Assembly: GCF_036588685.1 (NCBI RefSeq)
Contig: NC_086373.1
Coordinates: 98,580,001-98,644,000 of the forward strand
From: Mytilus trossulus
Lineage: Eukaryota
Length of the DNA stretch: 64,000 nt
Direction of reading: 5' to 3'
Every line of letters begins with the position of its first letter. Position 1 is the first letter of the stretch. The notes beneath the pieces were generated by a model. The model searched no databases. It was not told where the DNA came from and saw only the letters and a list, made by a program, of their open reading frames with translations. Shown here in pieces: positions 29,692 through 42,600 of this stretch. Made by a program: the position numbers and the translations under genes.

Positions 29692-31468
29692 ACTAGAGGC
29701 TCTAAAGAGCCTGTGTCGCTCACCTTGGTCTATGTGCATATTAAACAAAGGACACAAATGGATTCATGACAAAATTGTATTTTGGTGATGGTGATGTGTT
29801 TGAAGTTCTTACTTTTTACTGAACGATTTTGCTTCTTACAATTATATCTATCATGAACTTTGACCAACAGAGAACTATATTTGGTAAAAATTTACATAAA
29901 TTTACCAAATTAATGAAAATTGTTAAAAATTGACTATAAAGGGCAATAACTCCTTAAGGGGTCAATTGACCATTTAGGTCATGTTGACTTATTTGTAGAT
30001 CTTACTTTGCTGAACATTATTGCTGTTTACAGTCTATCGCTATCTATAATAGTATTCAAGATAACCAAAAACGGCAAAATTTCTTTAAAAATTACCAATT
30101 GGAGGGCAGCAACCCAACAACCAGTTGTCCAATTCATCTGAAAAATTCAGGGCAGATAGATATTGACTTGATTAACAATTTAACTTCTTGTCAGATTTGC
30201 TCTAGATGCTTTGGTTTCATAGTTATAAGCAAAAAACTGCATTTTACCCCTATGTTCTATTTTTAGCCGTGGCGGCCATCTTGGTTGAATGGCCAGGTCA
30301 TCGGACACATTTTTCAAACTAGATACCCCAAAGATGATTGTGGCCTAGTAGTTTCAGTGGAGATTTTGTAAAAGATTACTTAGATTTATGAAAAATGGTT
30401 AAAGATTGACTATAAAGGGCAATAACTCCTAAAGGGGTCAACTGACCATTTTGGTCATATTGACTTATTTGTAGATCTTACTTTGCTGAACATTATTGCT
30501 GTTTACAATTTATCTTTATCTATAATAATATTCAAGATAATAACCAAAAACAGCAAAATTTCCTCAAAATTACCAATTCAGGGGCAGCAACCCAACAACC
30601 GATTGACCGATTCATCTGAAAATTTCAGGGCAGATAAATCTTGACCTGATAAACATTTTTATATCATGTCAGATTTCCTCAAAATGCTTTGGTTTTTGAG
30701 TTATAAGCCAAAAACTGCATTTTACCACTCTGTTCTATTTTTAGCCGTGGCGGCCATCTTAGTTGGTTGACCAGGTCACGCCACACATTTTTTAAACTAG
30801 ATACCCCAAAGATGATTGTGGCCAAGTTTGGATTAATTTGGCCAAGTAGTTTCAGAGGAGAAGATTTTTGTAAAAGATTACTTTAATTAACGAAAAATGG
30901 TTAAAAATTGACTTTAAAGGGCAACAACTCCTAAACGGGTCAACTGACCATTTTGGTCATGTTGACTTATTTGTAGATCTTACTTTGCTGAACATTATTG
31001 CTGTTTACAGTTTATCTCTAACTTTAATAATATTCAAGATAATAACCAAAAACAGCAAAATTTCTTCAAAATTACCAATTCAGGGGCAGCAACCCAACAA
31101 CCGATAGACCGATTCATCTGAAAATTTCAGGGCAGATAGATCTTGACCTGATAAACATTTATACCCCCATGTCAGATTTGCTCTAAATGCTTTGGTTTTT
31201 TAGTTATAAGCCAAAAACTGCATTTTACCCCTATGTTCTATTTTTAGCCGTGGCGGCCATCTTGGTTGGTTGACCGGGTCACGCCACACATTTTTTAAAC
31301 TAGATACCCCAATGATGATTGTGGCCAAGTTTGGTTTGATTTGGCCCAGTAGTTTCAGAGGAGAAGATTTTTCTAAAAGCTAACGACGACGGACGACGAC
31401 GACGGACGACGACGACGGACGCCAAGTGATGGGAAAAGCTCACTTGGCCCTTCGGGCCAGGTGAGCTA
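29692..31468 (-). mobile_element. HINE/DINE-1-like element family A with three ~500-bp internal tandem units
   Basis: One end has CTAG, hairpin GGCTCTAAAGAGCC and subTIR GCTCACC. The other has a (GAC/GGAC)n microsatellite and hairpin GCTCACTTGGCCCTTCGGGCCAGGTGAGC. Units begin near 29932, 30408 and 30910. Confidence 0.85.
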
Positions 31469-31603
31469 AAAATCACATTATTCAATAAAAGGATTACAGT
31501 GTTATCTAAATATTAAACTATTATTGTCACTATTAATATTAAAACACTTTTTTGTATTTGTGGGAAATTTTAGATCAACAATTGTCACCTTTATAAAAAG
31601 AAA

Positions 31604-33410
31604 ACTAGAGGCTCTAAAGAGCCTGTGTCGCTCACCTTGGTATATGTGAATATTAAACAAAGGAAGCAGATGAATTCATGACAAAATTGTGTTTTGTTGA
31701 TGGTAATGTGTTTTTAAATCTTACTTTACTAAACAGTCTTGCTGCTTACAATTATCTCTATCTATATTGAAATTGGCCCAGTAGTATCAGTGGAAATGTT
31801 AATTAAAAATTTAAAATTTTATGAAAATTGTTAAAAATTGACTATAAAGGACAATAACTCCTTAGGGGGTCAATTGACCATTTTGGTCATGTTGACTTAT
31901 TTATAGATCCTACTTTGCTGAACATTATTGCTGTTTACAGTTTATCTTTATCTATAATAATATTCAAGATAATAACCAAAAACAGCAAAATTTCCTTAAA
32001 ATTACCGATTCACGGGCAGCAACCCAACAACAGGTTGTCAGATTCATCTTCCAATTACAGGGCAGATAGATATTGATCTGATAAACAAATTCACCCCAAG
32101 TCAGATTGCTCTAAATGCTTTGGTTTTGAGTTATAAGCCAAAAACTGCATTTTACCCCTATGTTCTATTTTTAGCCTTTGTGGCCATCTTGGTTGGTTGA
32201 CCTGGTCACGCCACACATTTTTTAAACTAGATACCCCAAAGATGATTGTTGCCAAGTTTGGATTAATTTGGCCCAGTAGTTTCAGAGAAGAAGATTTTTG
32301 TAAAGATAACTAAGATTTACGAAAAAATGGTTAAAAATTGACTATAAAGGGCAATAACTCCTAAACAGGTCAACTGACCATTTCGGTCATGTTGACTTGT
32401 TTGTAGATAATACTTTGTTGAACATTATTGCTGTTTACAGTTTATCTCTATCTATAATAATATTCAAGATAAAAACCAAAAACAGCAAAATTTCCTTAAA
32501 ATTACCAATTCAGGAGCAGCAACCCAACAACCAATTGACTGATTCATCTGAAAATTTCAGGGCAGATAGATCTTGACCTGATAAACATTTTTATCTCATG
32601 TCAAATTTCCTCAAAAGGTTTTGGTTTTTGAGTTATATGCCAAAAACTGCATTTTACCCCTATGTTCTATTTTTAGCCGTGGCGGCCATCTTGGTTGGTT
32701 GACCAGGTCACGCCACACATTTTTTAAACTATATACCCCAAAAATGATTGTGGCCAAGTTTGGATTAACTTGGCCCAGTAGTTTCAGAGGAGAAGATTTT
32801 TGTAAAAGATTACTTTAATTTACGAAAAATGGTTAAAAATTTACTATAAAGGGCAATAACTCCTAAACGGGTCAACTGACCATTTTGGTCATGTTGACTT
32901 ATTTGTAGATCTTACTTTGCTGAACATTATTGCTGTTTACAGTTTATCTCTATCTATAATAATATTCAAGATAAAAACCAAAAACAGCAAAATTTTACTT
33001 AAAATTACCAATTCAGGGGCAGCAACCCAACAACCGATTGACCGATTCATCTGAAAATTTCAGGGCAGATAGATCTTGACCTGATTAACATATTTACCCC
33101 ATGTCAGATTTGCTCTAAATGCTTTGGTTTTTGAGTTATAAGCCAAAAACTGCATTTTACCCCTATGTTCTATTTTTAGCCCTGGCGGCCATCTTGGTTG
33201 GTTGACCGGGTCACGCCACACATTTTTTAAACTAGATACCCCAATGATGATTGTGGCCAAGTTTGGTTTGATTTGGCCCAGTAGTTTCAGAGGAGAAGAT
33301 TTTTGTAAAAGTTAACGACGACGGACGACGGACGACAGACGACGGACGCCGGACGCCGGACGCAAAGTGATGGGAAAAGCTCACTTGGCCCTTCGGGCCA
33401 GGTGAGCTAA
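31604..33410 (-). mobile_element. HINE-like element family A, second full copy, three ~500-bp units
   Basis: Same termini; units begin near 31840, 32340 and 32842. Confidence 0.85.
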
Positions 33411-33688
33411 AAAGAAACTACTCTGAGTCAAGTAAATTATTAATTATACTGAAACTAATCTGATAATGGAATATCAAGCTAATATATAAACATACAATTT
33501 AAACAACAGTGAATTTTACCTTCTACACTGCTAACAATAAGTTTATAAAATCAAATTCAAGAGTTTTGTAAGAAAAACAAAAGCATTACAATAAATGTAA
33601 GCATCATTGAAAATCATAGTTATACTCCCTAACCATATCATACCATAACCACACAGGACTTTCATCATAAAGAACAAACAATTGGCCT

Positions 33689-36600
33689 TTAATTATAAAA
33701 CGGGTTAAATGTAACCCAGTGAGCAGACTGTTGATTCTTTGCCTTTTTTGATGTTGTAAATAGAGATTTGTATACATCTGTTGTAGTGGTGTCTTTCTGA
33801 ATACTTTCAGCTTTGTCTCCTTGTTTTCCATTGGTCATCTTCAATTTGGAATCTGACGTTTTATTGGGCAATCTAATTTTCTTATCTGAAATTCCATTGT
33901 TCAATTTTCCATTTGTACTTGGTATTCCACTGGATGATGCACTTGAAGATGCTGTCTCCACTTTGGGTTGTTTACTTGAAGATTCACCATTTATTTCTGA
34001 AATAAAGCAAAATTACCAAAATAAAATATGACTTTTAAAAGTGACAGCTTGTTATGAAGGCTTAATTATTCTTTGAAAGCTATATTTTGCCAAAAATGTT
34101 GTTCCCGCCAAATATGACAGTTGACTTTTACTTATATTTTTTAGCAATAATATGCAATATAAAAATATGAGTTAAATATTATTTTACCTGTTGCTTGTGT
34201 TTCATCAGTAACTTTGTGTTTCTGTGCTTTCTTTGATTTCTACAAGTAAGTAAGATTAACTTTAGTAACATGTGATTACAATACTTAACCCTAAGACATT
34301 TAAAATGCTAAAATAAATGTTTCTATCCCAAATTCATGTTTTAGTTTTGATGCTATATTTGTCATTCTCATTGGATTTTGTCTAATGTTTAGTTTGTTTC
34401 TGTTTGTGTTACATTTCATTGTGTCATTGTTCTCCACTTATATTTCATGTGTTTCTCTCAGTGCTAGGTTGAAACCTGGATTTGTTTTTTCTTATCAATT
34501 TATGAGTTCTGAACAGCGGTACCACTGTTGCCTTTAGTTTTTATCTGCAATATTTTCCTTTAGCCTTCTGTAAATGAAGTTTTATAATTTATTGAAGACT
34601 TGTCAGGGGTTAAAAAAATTTGTTACAGCTAACTAGCCCAGGACTTTTTGGCAGGAGGATTTTACTAGCCCTGTTTCAAGAACTGCTAGCCCATCAAAAC
34701 CAACCTGCTAGCCCAAGTATAACTTACAAATCACTCAGGGTGTGCTGCATAAGACGCTGGGAATGTGTGTCATGTTTTGAAAGGGAATGTGTGTCATGTT
34801 TTGAAAGGGCATTTGTAGACAGTCTCGGGCTTTTCATCCTCAACAATCGACCTTGCCCACGGGAATCTTTCATTCCATGTCGCTATGAACGTTCTTTTTC
34901 GCTTGTCCCGATCGTACTTTCTATTTTTTTTTTAGATGTATCAGCCTCATTAGAATCCCCTTCATTTGCCGATTTTCGCTTTGAACTTGAAGTTGATGAA
35001 GTTTCTGCGCTTGCCGTAGTAAAATATGTTGATATATTTTGTTGCATTGAAAGTTTTGTGCTCCCTGCTTAAACAGTTGTCCGACCAGAGTCTAGATGGA
35101 TCAATACCTATCAATACATTATACCCCCCGGTACCGTTAATTGAAAAACTCGACAGAACCAATGAAAAATATCCCCGTTATAACATATAACGAGAAATTG
35201 ATATTGAAAGTACAATAACTGCGATCAATACATGATACTGGGCCACCCGGAGTTATTTGTTCTATTTTTTAAACATGTTACTGTGCATGAGGTGAGGACC
35301 TGTACAAACCAGTTCAAATTCTTGGAATCCCGGATGACGTAATTGAATCTGATTGGCTAAGACAGAAAAGTGATGAAGGGATTTTCCACTTTCTATTTTA
35401 GACAAGCCAAGAATTTTTTGTTACTAGTCCGTCGGGCATACTGGGTTATAAGTTTTGGTTGCCCGAGACGTAAATGTCTAGTCCCGGGCGTCGGGCTAGT
35501 GGATTTTTTAACCCCTGCTTGTATGAAAATAACTAGAGGCTCTAAAGAGCCTGTGTCGCTCACCTTGGTCTATGTGAATATTAAACAAAGGAAGCAGATT
35601 GAAAATTGACTACAAAGGTCAATAACTCCTACAGGGGTCAATTGACCATTTCATTCATGTTGACTTATTTGTAGATCTTACTTTGCTGAACATTATTGCT
35701 GTTTACAGTTTACCTATATCTATAATAATATTCAATATAATAACCAAAAACAGCAAAATTTCCTTAAAATTACCAATTCAGGGGCCGCAACCCAAAAACA
35801 GGTTGTCCAATTCTTCTGAAAATTTCAGGGCAGATAGATCTTGACCTGATTAACAATTTTACTTCATGTCAGATTTTCTCTAAATTATTTGGTTTTTGAG
35901 TTATAAGCCAAAAACTGCATTTTACCCCTATGTTCTATTTTTAGCCGTGGCGGCCATCTTGGTTTGATGGCCAGGTCACCGGACACAATTTTTAAACTAG
36001 ATACCCCAATGATGATTGTGGCCAAGTTTCAAATAATTTGGCCCAGCAGTTTCAGGGGAGAAGATTTTTCTAAAAGATTACTAAGATTTACGAAAAATGG
36101 TTAAAAATTGACTATAAAGGGCAATAACTCCTAAAGTGGTCAACTGATCATTTTGGTCATGTTGACTTTTTTGTAGATCTTACTTTGCTGAACATTATTG
36201 CTTTTTACAGTTTATCTCTATCTAAAATAATATTCAAGATAATAACCAAAAACAACAAAATTTCCTTAAAATTACCAATTCAGGGGCAGCAACCTAACAA
36301 CGGAATGTCAGATTCATCTGAAAATTTCAGGGCAGATAGATCTTAACCTGATTAACAATATTACCCCATGTCAGATTTGCCTTAAATGCTTTGGTTTTTG
36401 TTTTGAGTTATAAGCCAAAAACTGCATTTTACCCCTATGTTCTATTTATAGCCATGGCGGCCATCTTGGTTAGTTGGCGGGGTCACCGGACACAATTTTT
36501 AAACTAGATACCCCAATGATGATTGTGGCCAAGTTTGGTTTAATTTGGCCTAGTAGTTTCAGAGGAGAAGATTTTTGTAAAAGTTAACGCAGGACGACGA

Positions 36601-39600
36601 CGACGACGGACGCCAAGTGATGAGAAAAGCTCACTTGGCCCTTTGGGCCAGGTGAGCTAAAAATGGGTGTAATCAGGCAAAATATTTTTCAATGTAACAT
36701 AGGGGAAAAATGGAGTTCAAACATCTGACCAAAATACGCCTTTTCAGAATTTAAGGCCTATTGGTAATCTCATTGTCAGTACACCAAAATGAAAATAATG
36801 TTATGTCATTGGTTGAATTTCTATTGTTTATCATACTTTAAACCAATCACAACATTTGGTGTACGTTTTTGGATATATTACCCAGAATGAATTAGAATCT
36901 GAAACAGTGAATTCCTAAACATCACTAGGTACATACATGACAGTGCATCATGTCTTCAATGGCTTCCATTATTTTTTTTATCTCAAAAAGATGTTACATA
37001 AAATAATTCATAATTTTTTCTCATTGAAATGGTAAGTAAAACAATTGAATTCAAATTTACGCATCAAATTTGCTAATTTCAGATAACAGTAAAAAAATCT
37101 ACAACCATCATCAGCAGCTATTTGTAAAAAAATTTAGACCCTTATCTACCCTAATTTTGTTTCCTGATTATATATGTATCATCCAGTTTCAAACTTTATC
37201 ATAAAAAGATATTATTATCAACTGTTGTATCTGATACATATATTTTCTCAAAATATTAATCAAATTTTTGTTTGCCAGATAATTGGAATCTTGTTTCATG
37301 AGAGCTTCAAGGTGGCCAGGAAATATCAAATACCTTAGCAAGCTTGGCTTGTTCTCGTCTTTTCTCCATGTTTGACCTTAACTCATCAACATCTGTTTCT
37401 GTACCATTTAGAACAACCATATCATCTGTAGAATAGGGTTTACCGCACTACAAAGAAAATATATATATCATTTTTAAAATTATGTACCATTCAGAACAAC
37501 CATATCATCTGTGGAATAGGGTTTACCACACTACAATGCAAATATAATTATTTCATGTAAGAAGTGTTTTCATAATACTGATGCCAAAGTCCCATGGAAT
37601 AATTCATTTTAAAACAGGTGCTAGAGAGTTCCTTTTGAAAGAAGAAGCAAATTTAAACAGACAAACAAATTTGGAATAACAGAATTTGATTGCAGTGAGA
37701 GGTATGACCTGGAAATTAGTTCTTATGAAAAAAAGAAAGGATTTAAGAGCTAACAAGAATGGAAAGAATTACAATTCATACCTTGTGACATATTTCAGAT
37801 TTGATTTCTTTTAGAGCTCGTTCAGACATTACACATCCGCAACTCCATACAAAACAAAATCTGGAAAAACGAAAAAAATGCAATTCAAGGAATTCAATTG
37901 GATTTAAAGAGTACAAATTACACAATTCAGGAAGTGACAATTTTAAAAAATTTACTAAGTGGAATGTTATGTCTTTCAAATAAAAGCTTTTTCCATATCA
38001 AAACAGTAACCAAATCTTGAAACACTGTTACAACAGTTATCTCATTAAATGTTTCATGAGCAATTGACAAAACTGAATACCATGTTTTGTTACACATAGT
38101 TTTACCTACTAAATACTATATTTGGTTAAACTTACTTTTACTTACTAAATACCATGTTTTGTTAGACATACGTTTACCTGCTAAATACCATGTTTTGTTA
38201 AACATAGTTTTACCTACTAAAAACCATGTTTTGTTAAACATAGTTTTACCTACTAAATACTATGTTTTGTTAAACTTACTTTTACTTACTAAATACCATG
38301 TTTTGTTAGACATACGTTTACCTACTAAATACCATGTTTTGTTAAACATAGTTTTACCTACTAAATACCATGTTTTGTTAAACATAGTTTTACCTACTTA
38401 ATACCATGTTTTGTCAGACATAGTTTAACCTACTAAATAACATGTTTTGTTAAACATAGTTTTACCTACTAAATACTATGTTTTGTTAAACTTACTTTTA
38501 CTTACTAAATACCATGTTTTGTTAGACATACGTTTACCTACTAAATACCATGTTTTGTTAAACATAGTTTTACCTACTAAATACCATGTTTTGTTAGACA
38601 TAGTTTAACCTACTAAATAACATGTTTTGTTAAACTTACTTTAACCTACTAAATACCATGTTTTGTAAGACATACTTTTATCTACTAAATACCATGTTTT
38701 GTTAGAATACTTTTACCTACTAAATACTATGTTTTGTTAAACTTACTTTTACCTTCCAAATACCATGTTTTGTTAGACATAGTTTTACCTACTAAATACC
38801 ATGTTTTGTTAGACATAGTTTAACCTACTAAATAACATGTTTTGTTAAACTTACTTTAACCTACTAAATACCATGTTTTGTAAGACATACTTTTATCTAC
38901 TAAATACCATGTTTTGTTAAACATACTTTTACCTACTAAATACCATGTTTTGTTAGAATACTTTTACCTACTAAATACTATGTTTTGTTAAACTTACTTT
39001 TACCTTCCAAATACCATGTTTTGTTAGACATACTTTTACCTACTAAATATTATGTTTTGTTAAACATAGTTTTACCTACTAAATACCATATTTTGTTAGA
39101 CATACTTTTACCTACTAAATACCATGTTTTGTTTAACATAGTTTTACTTACTAAATACCATGTTTTGCTAAACATAGTTTTACTTACTAAATACCATGTT
39201 TTGCTAAACATAGTTTTACCTACTAAATATGATGTTTTGTTAGACATACTTTTACCTACTAAATACCATGTTTTGTTGGACATAGTTTTACCTAAAAATA
39301 CCATGTTTTGTTAAACATAGTTTTACCTACTGAATACCATGTTTTGGTAAACTTACTTATATGTTCCGTTCATCTCCAGTCCAACTACTGGACATATATA
39401 AGGTGAGGTTTGTGTGTCTATATATGAATCACCTTTCTTTGCTGTTTCTTTTTGGTAGGCTGGATTGTCTGTGAGTTTCAATTCTTTAACATCCTACAAA
39501 TAAAATGTGATCATACTGATACAAGTTAAGACAAAACACATTTAAATAAATTACTGTACTATGGTATAACATTTTCTTCCCCTGCAGTATGAACCAAACT

Positions 39601-42600
39601 TTTATGTCTTTTAATTCCTACTTATGCTTATGTTAAGTTCTTTAAAAAAATAAATGTTTTCCTGTTTCCCAACCTGAAACAGCATCAACACAACTATTTA
39701 CCACTAGTTAGTCCTATATATTAATTTGTCCCAGTAGATTGATTAGTGTACATACCCCTTCTTTATGGTATGTTCTCATGTGGTAAAAGGTCATGTTGGA
39801 TGGCAACAGTTATCTCATTAAATGTTTCATGAGCAATTGACAACACTGAATACCATGTTTTGTTACACATAGTTTTACCTACTAAATACCATGTTTTGTT
39901 AAACATACTTTTACCTACTAAATACCATATTTTGTCAGACATACTTTTACCTACTAAATACCATGTTTTGTTTAACATAGTTTTACTTACTAAATACCAT
40001 GTTTTGCTAAACATAGTTTTACTTACTAAATACCATGTTTTGCTAAACATAGTTTTACCTACTTAATTCAATGTTTTGTTAGACATACTTTTACCTACTA
40101 AATACCATGTTTTGTTGGACATAGTTTTACCTACTAAATACCATGTTTTGTTAAACATAGTTTTACCTACTAAATACCATGTTTTGTTAAACATAGTTTT
40201 ACCTACTAAATACCATATTTTGTTAGACATACTTTTACCTACTAAACACCATGTTTTGTTTAACATAGTTTTACTTACTAAATACCATGTTTTGCTAAAC
40301 ATAGTTTTACTTACTAAATACCATGTTTTGTTAGACATACATTTACCTACTAAATACCATGTTTTGTTAAACATAGTTTTACCTGGCAGTTGAAATGATA
40401 AAACACAATTTCTAATGGGGGTTATAAATTTTTTGATTGAATAACCCTAAAATAATTAATAATTGTTTAATGATATTTTATCTAGACTGCGTTAATGATG
40501 GCAACCATTTGTGATGGTACATTGTATTTAGGCTCAACAACCATAATTCTTAAAGAATACCATAACTCTTTACATGATTTTCAAATTTGTTGGTCAAATG
40601 ATAGGATCCACTTTAATTGCAAACTGCCCAGTGGTTTCAGAGGAAAAGATTTGTGAAACAGTTGATGGATGTGACTTGATGTGATGGCAGATACTGTATC
40701 CTTTGTAGCTGGTTCATTCAATTCAGTAACGCATTAATAAACAAAGTGCAAACTAGGCCAATGTTCACCATGATTTTAAAAATTTGTAAGGGTTCCGCGG
40801 AACCCAGTGTCTCGCCTACTTTTGCTGTAAATCGCAGGCGCAACAAAAATGAGGTAAAAATCAATAAAAATATTCCTCTTGATACTATCTTATAATTGTA
40901 AGAAGCTTCTGTCCAAGTTTTGTAAAAATCTAGGATAGTTAAGGAATCTAATAAATGTTTTGAAAATTTTAACTGCAGACTGTATGTAAGTCCATTTAAA
41001 AGTAAAATACTGAAAAAATGGATTTATTTTTTACAAAATTTACTTCTGGATACTATCTTATGATCATAAAAAAGCTTATGTCCAAGTTTGGTACAAACCA
41101 AGGATAGTTTAAGAAAGTTATTAAAATTCTAAAAAATTTAACCACAGAGTGAATGTTATGTTTTCCCGCAGAAAAAACTAAGTCTATTCATAAGTAAAAT
41201 ACTGAAAAAATGGAATTTTATTTTTACAAAATTTACCTCTGGATACTATCATATGATCATAAACAAGCTTCTGTCCAAGTTTGGTAGAAATCCAGTATAG
41301 GTTAAGAAAGTAATTAAAATTTCAAAAACTTTAACCACAGATTGAATATTTGTGAACGCTGCCGCCGCCGACACCAACGGAATGTAGGATCGCTTAGTCT
41401 CCCTTTTTCGACTTAAGTCGAAGGCTCGACAAAAACAGAATAAACACTTCTTAACACATGAAGTACCTACCTTTAGTCCTCTAATATGGGCAAAACCAGA
41501 TGCATTTTCGAACTTGCTCTTGTCAATCAGAAACTCTAGGATGGACTCTTTATTATAAAGCCTAGAAATAAACATTGAAAGAAATGAAGCAAAAAAGAAC
41601 AGGTATTGTAATAAGGATCTTTTAAACTTTGTTGAAATAAATTTGTAGGTAAACTCAATAAATGTTTTATTTCTAATCAACAACTTAAATTTTAAAAAAC
41701 ACTAATTTTGTGCAGACTTTGTTTCATAAAGGTAGACAAAAGTTTAATACTAATAATAATGATTGAAAGTAGCAATACTAGTACTACTAGATAGTTTTTA
41801 CTATAATCATGATGATTAAATATGTGAAAGTCCTTAACCATCAATTAATTTCAAAATATTATGAAGTCATTGGTTAAACAATGTATCAACATATTTTAGT
41901 GGTCTGCTCATTTGTTTACAGTTGATTCCATTTAAACCATTTTGTTTAAAACTATTCAGTTGATGATCCCTTCTGTATTTTATATGTACCTTCCAAGTTC
42001 ACATCCCATAATTGGTGTTCTAAGGGGTTCCTGTGTTATAGCACATAGTTTCCATTTCGCAGCTAAATCTGCTACTTTATTTTTCTGTAATGTAAAACAA
42101 GATTAAAAAGTTTATTACTAATACACTCATGCACACATTGTGAGCAACAAGAGAAACATAATATAGTTAACAACATAATAAATTAGTCAATAAATTGGTC
42201 AAATAACATAACCCCTGTATCATGTTTATCACTACAGGAGAAAAAGAGCTTTTCAGTATTTGTGAAATTGTGAAACAAGTTCAAGGTAGTACTCCATAGA
42301 ATAAAATATTCAAGAGAGATTATTAATAGAGTGTTTATGCACTTTGAATTGAAAATAGTATTGGCTAGGTTTTACAGGTTTCATGAGAATTAATTCTGTC
42401 TCACTTTTGATTTTTCTGTTGTTTTAGTATCAGACAATTACATGGATAAATATTAGTGGGATGGGTTGAGAAAATGAATAGACTACTATCTCTAATAAGA
42501 TAAATTATCAGCTTTATTAGAGTATTTGGATGTTTCTGTAAAAAGATACAGTTTTTATATTAAAAAGTAAACAATATGAATAACAACAGGTTGTGTCATA

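Noticed and set aside
31441-31470. Strong GC hairpin followed by an A/T run, resembling an intrinsic terminator (also near 33400 and 36650)
   Set aside because: It is the terminal stem-loop of the HINE-like element; the context is eukaryotic.
34620-35072. 150-aa plus-strand ORF
   Set aside because: Lies inside the hAT-like element, antisense to the transposase remnant; no recognisable protein features.
38087-40393. Repetitive ORFs (KYHVLLNIVLPT)n and (NKTWYLVGKTMF)n; superficially CRISPR-like periodicity
   Set aside because: A by-product of a 36-bp unit divisible by three inside RTF2 introns. There are no unique spacers and no cas genes, and the context is eukaryotic.
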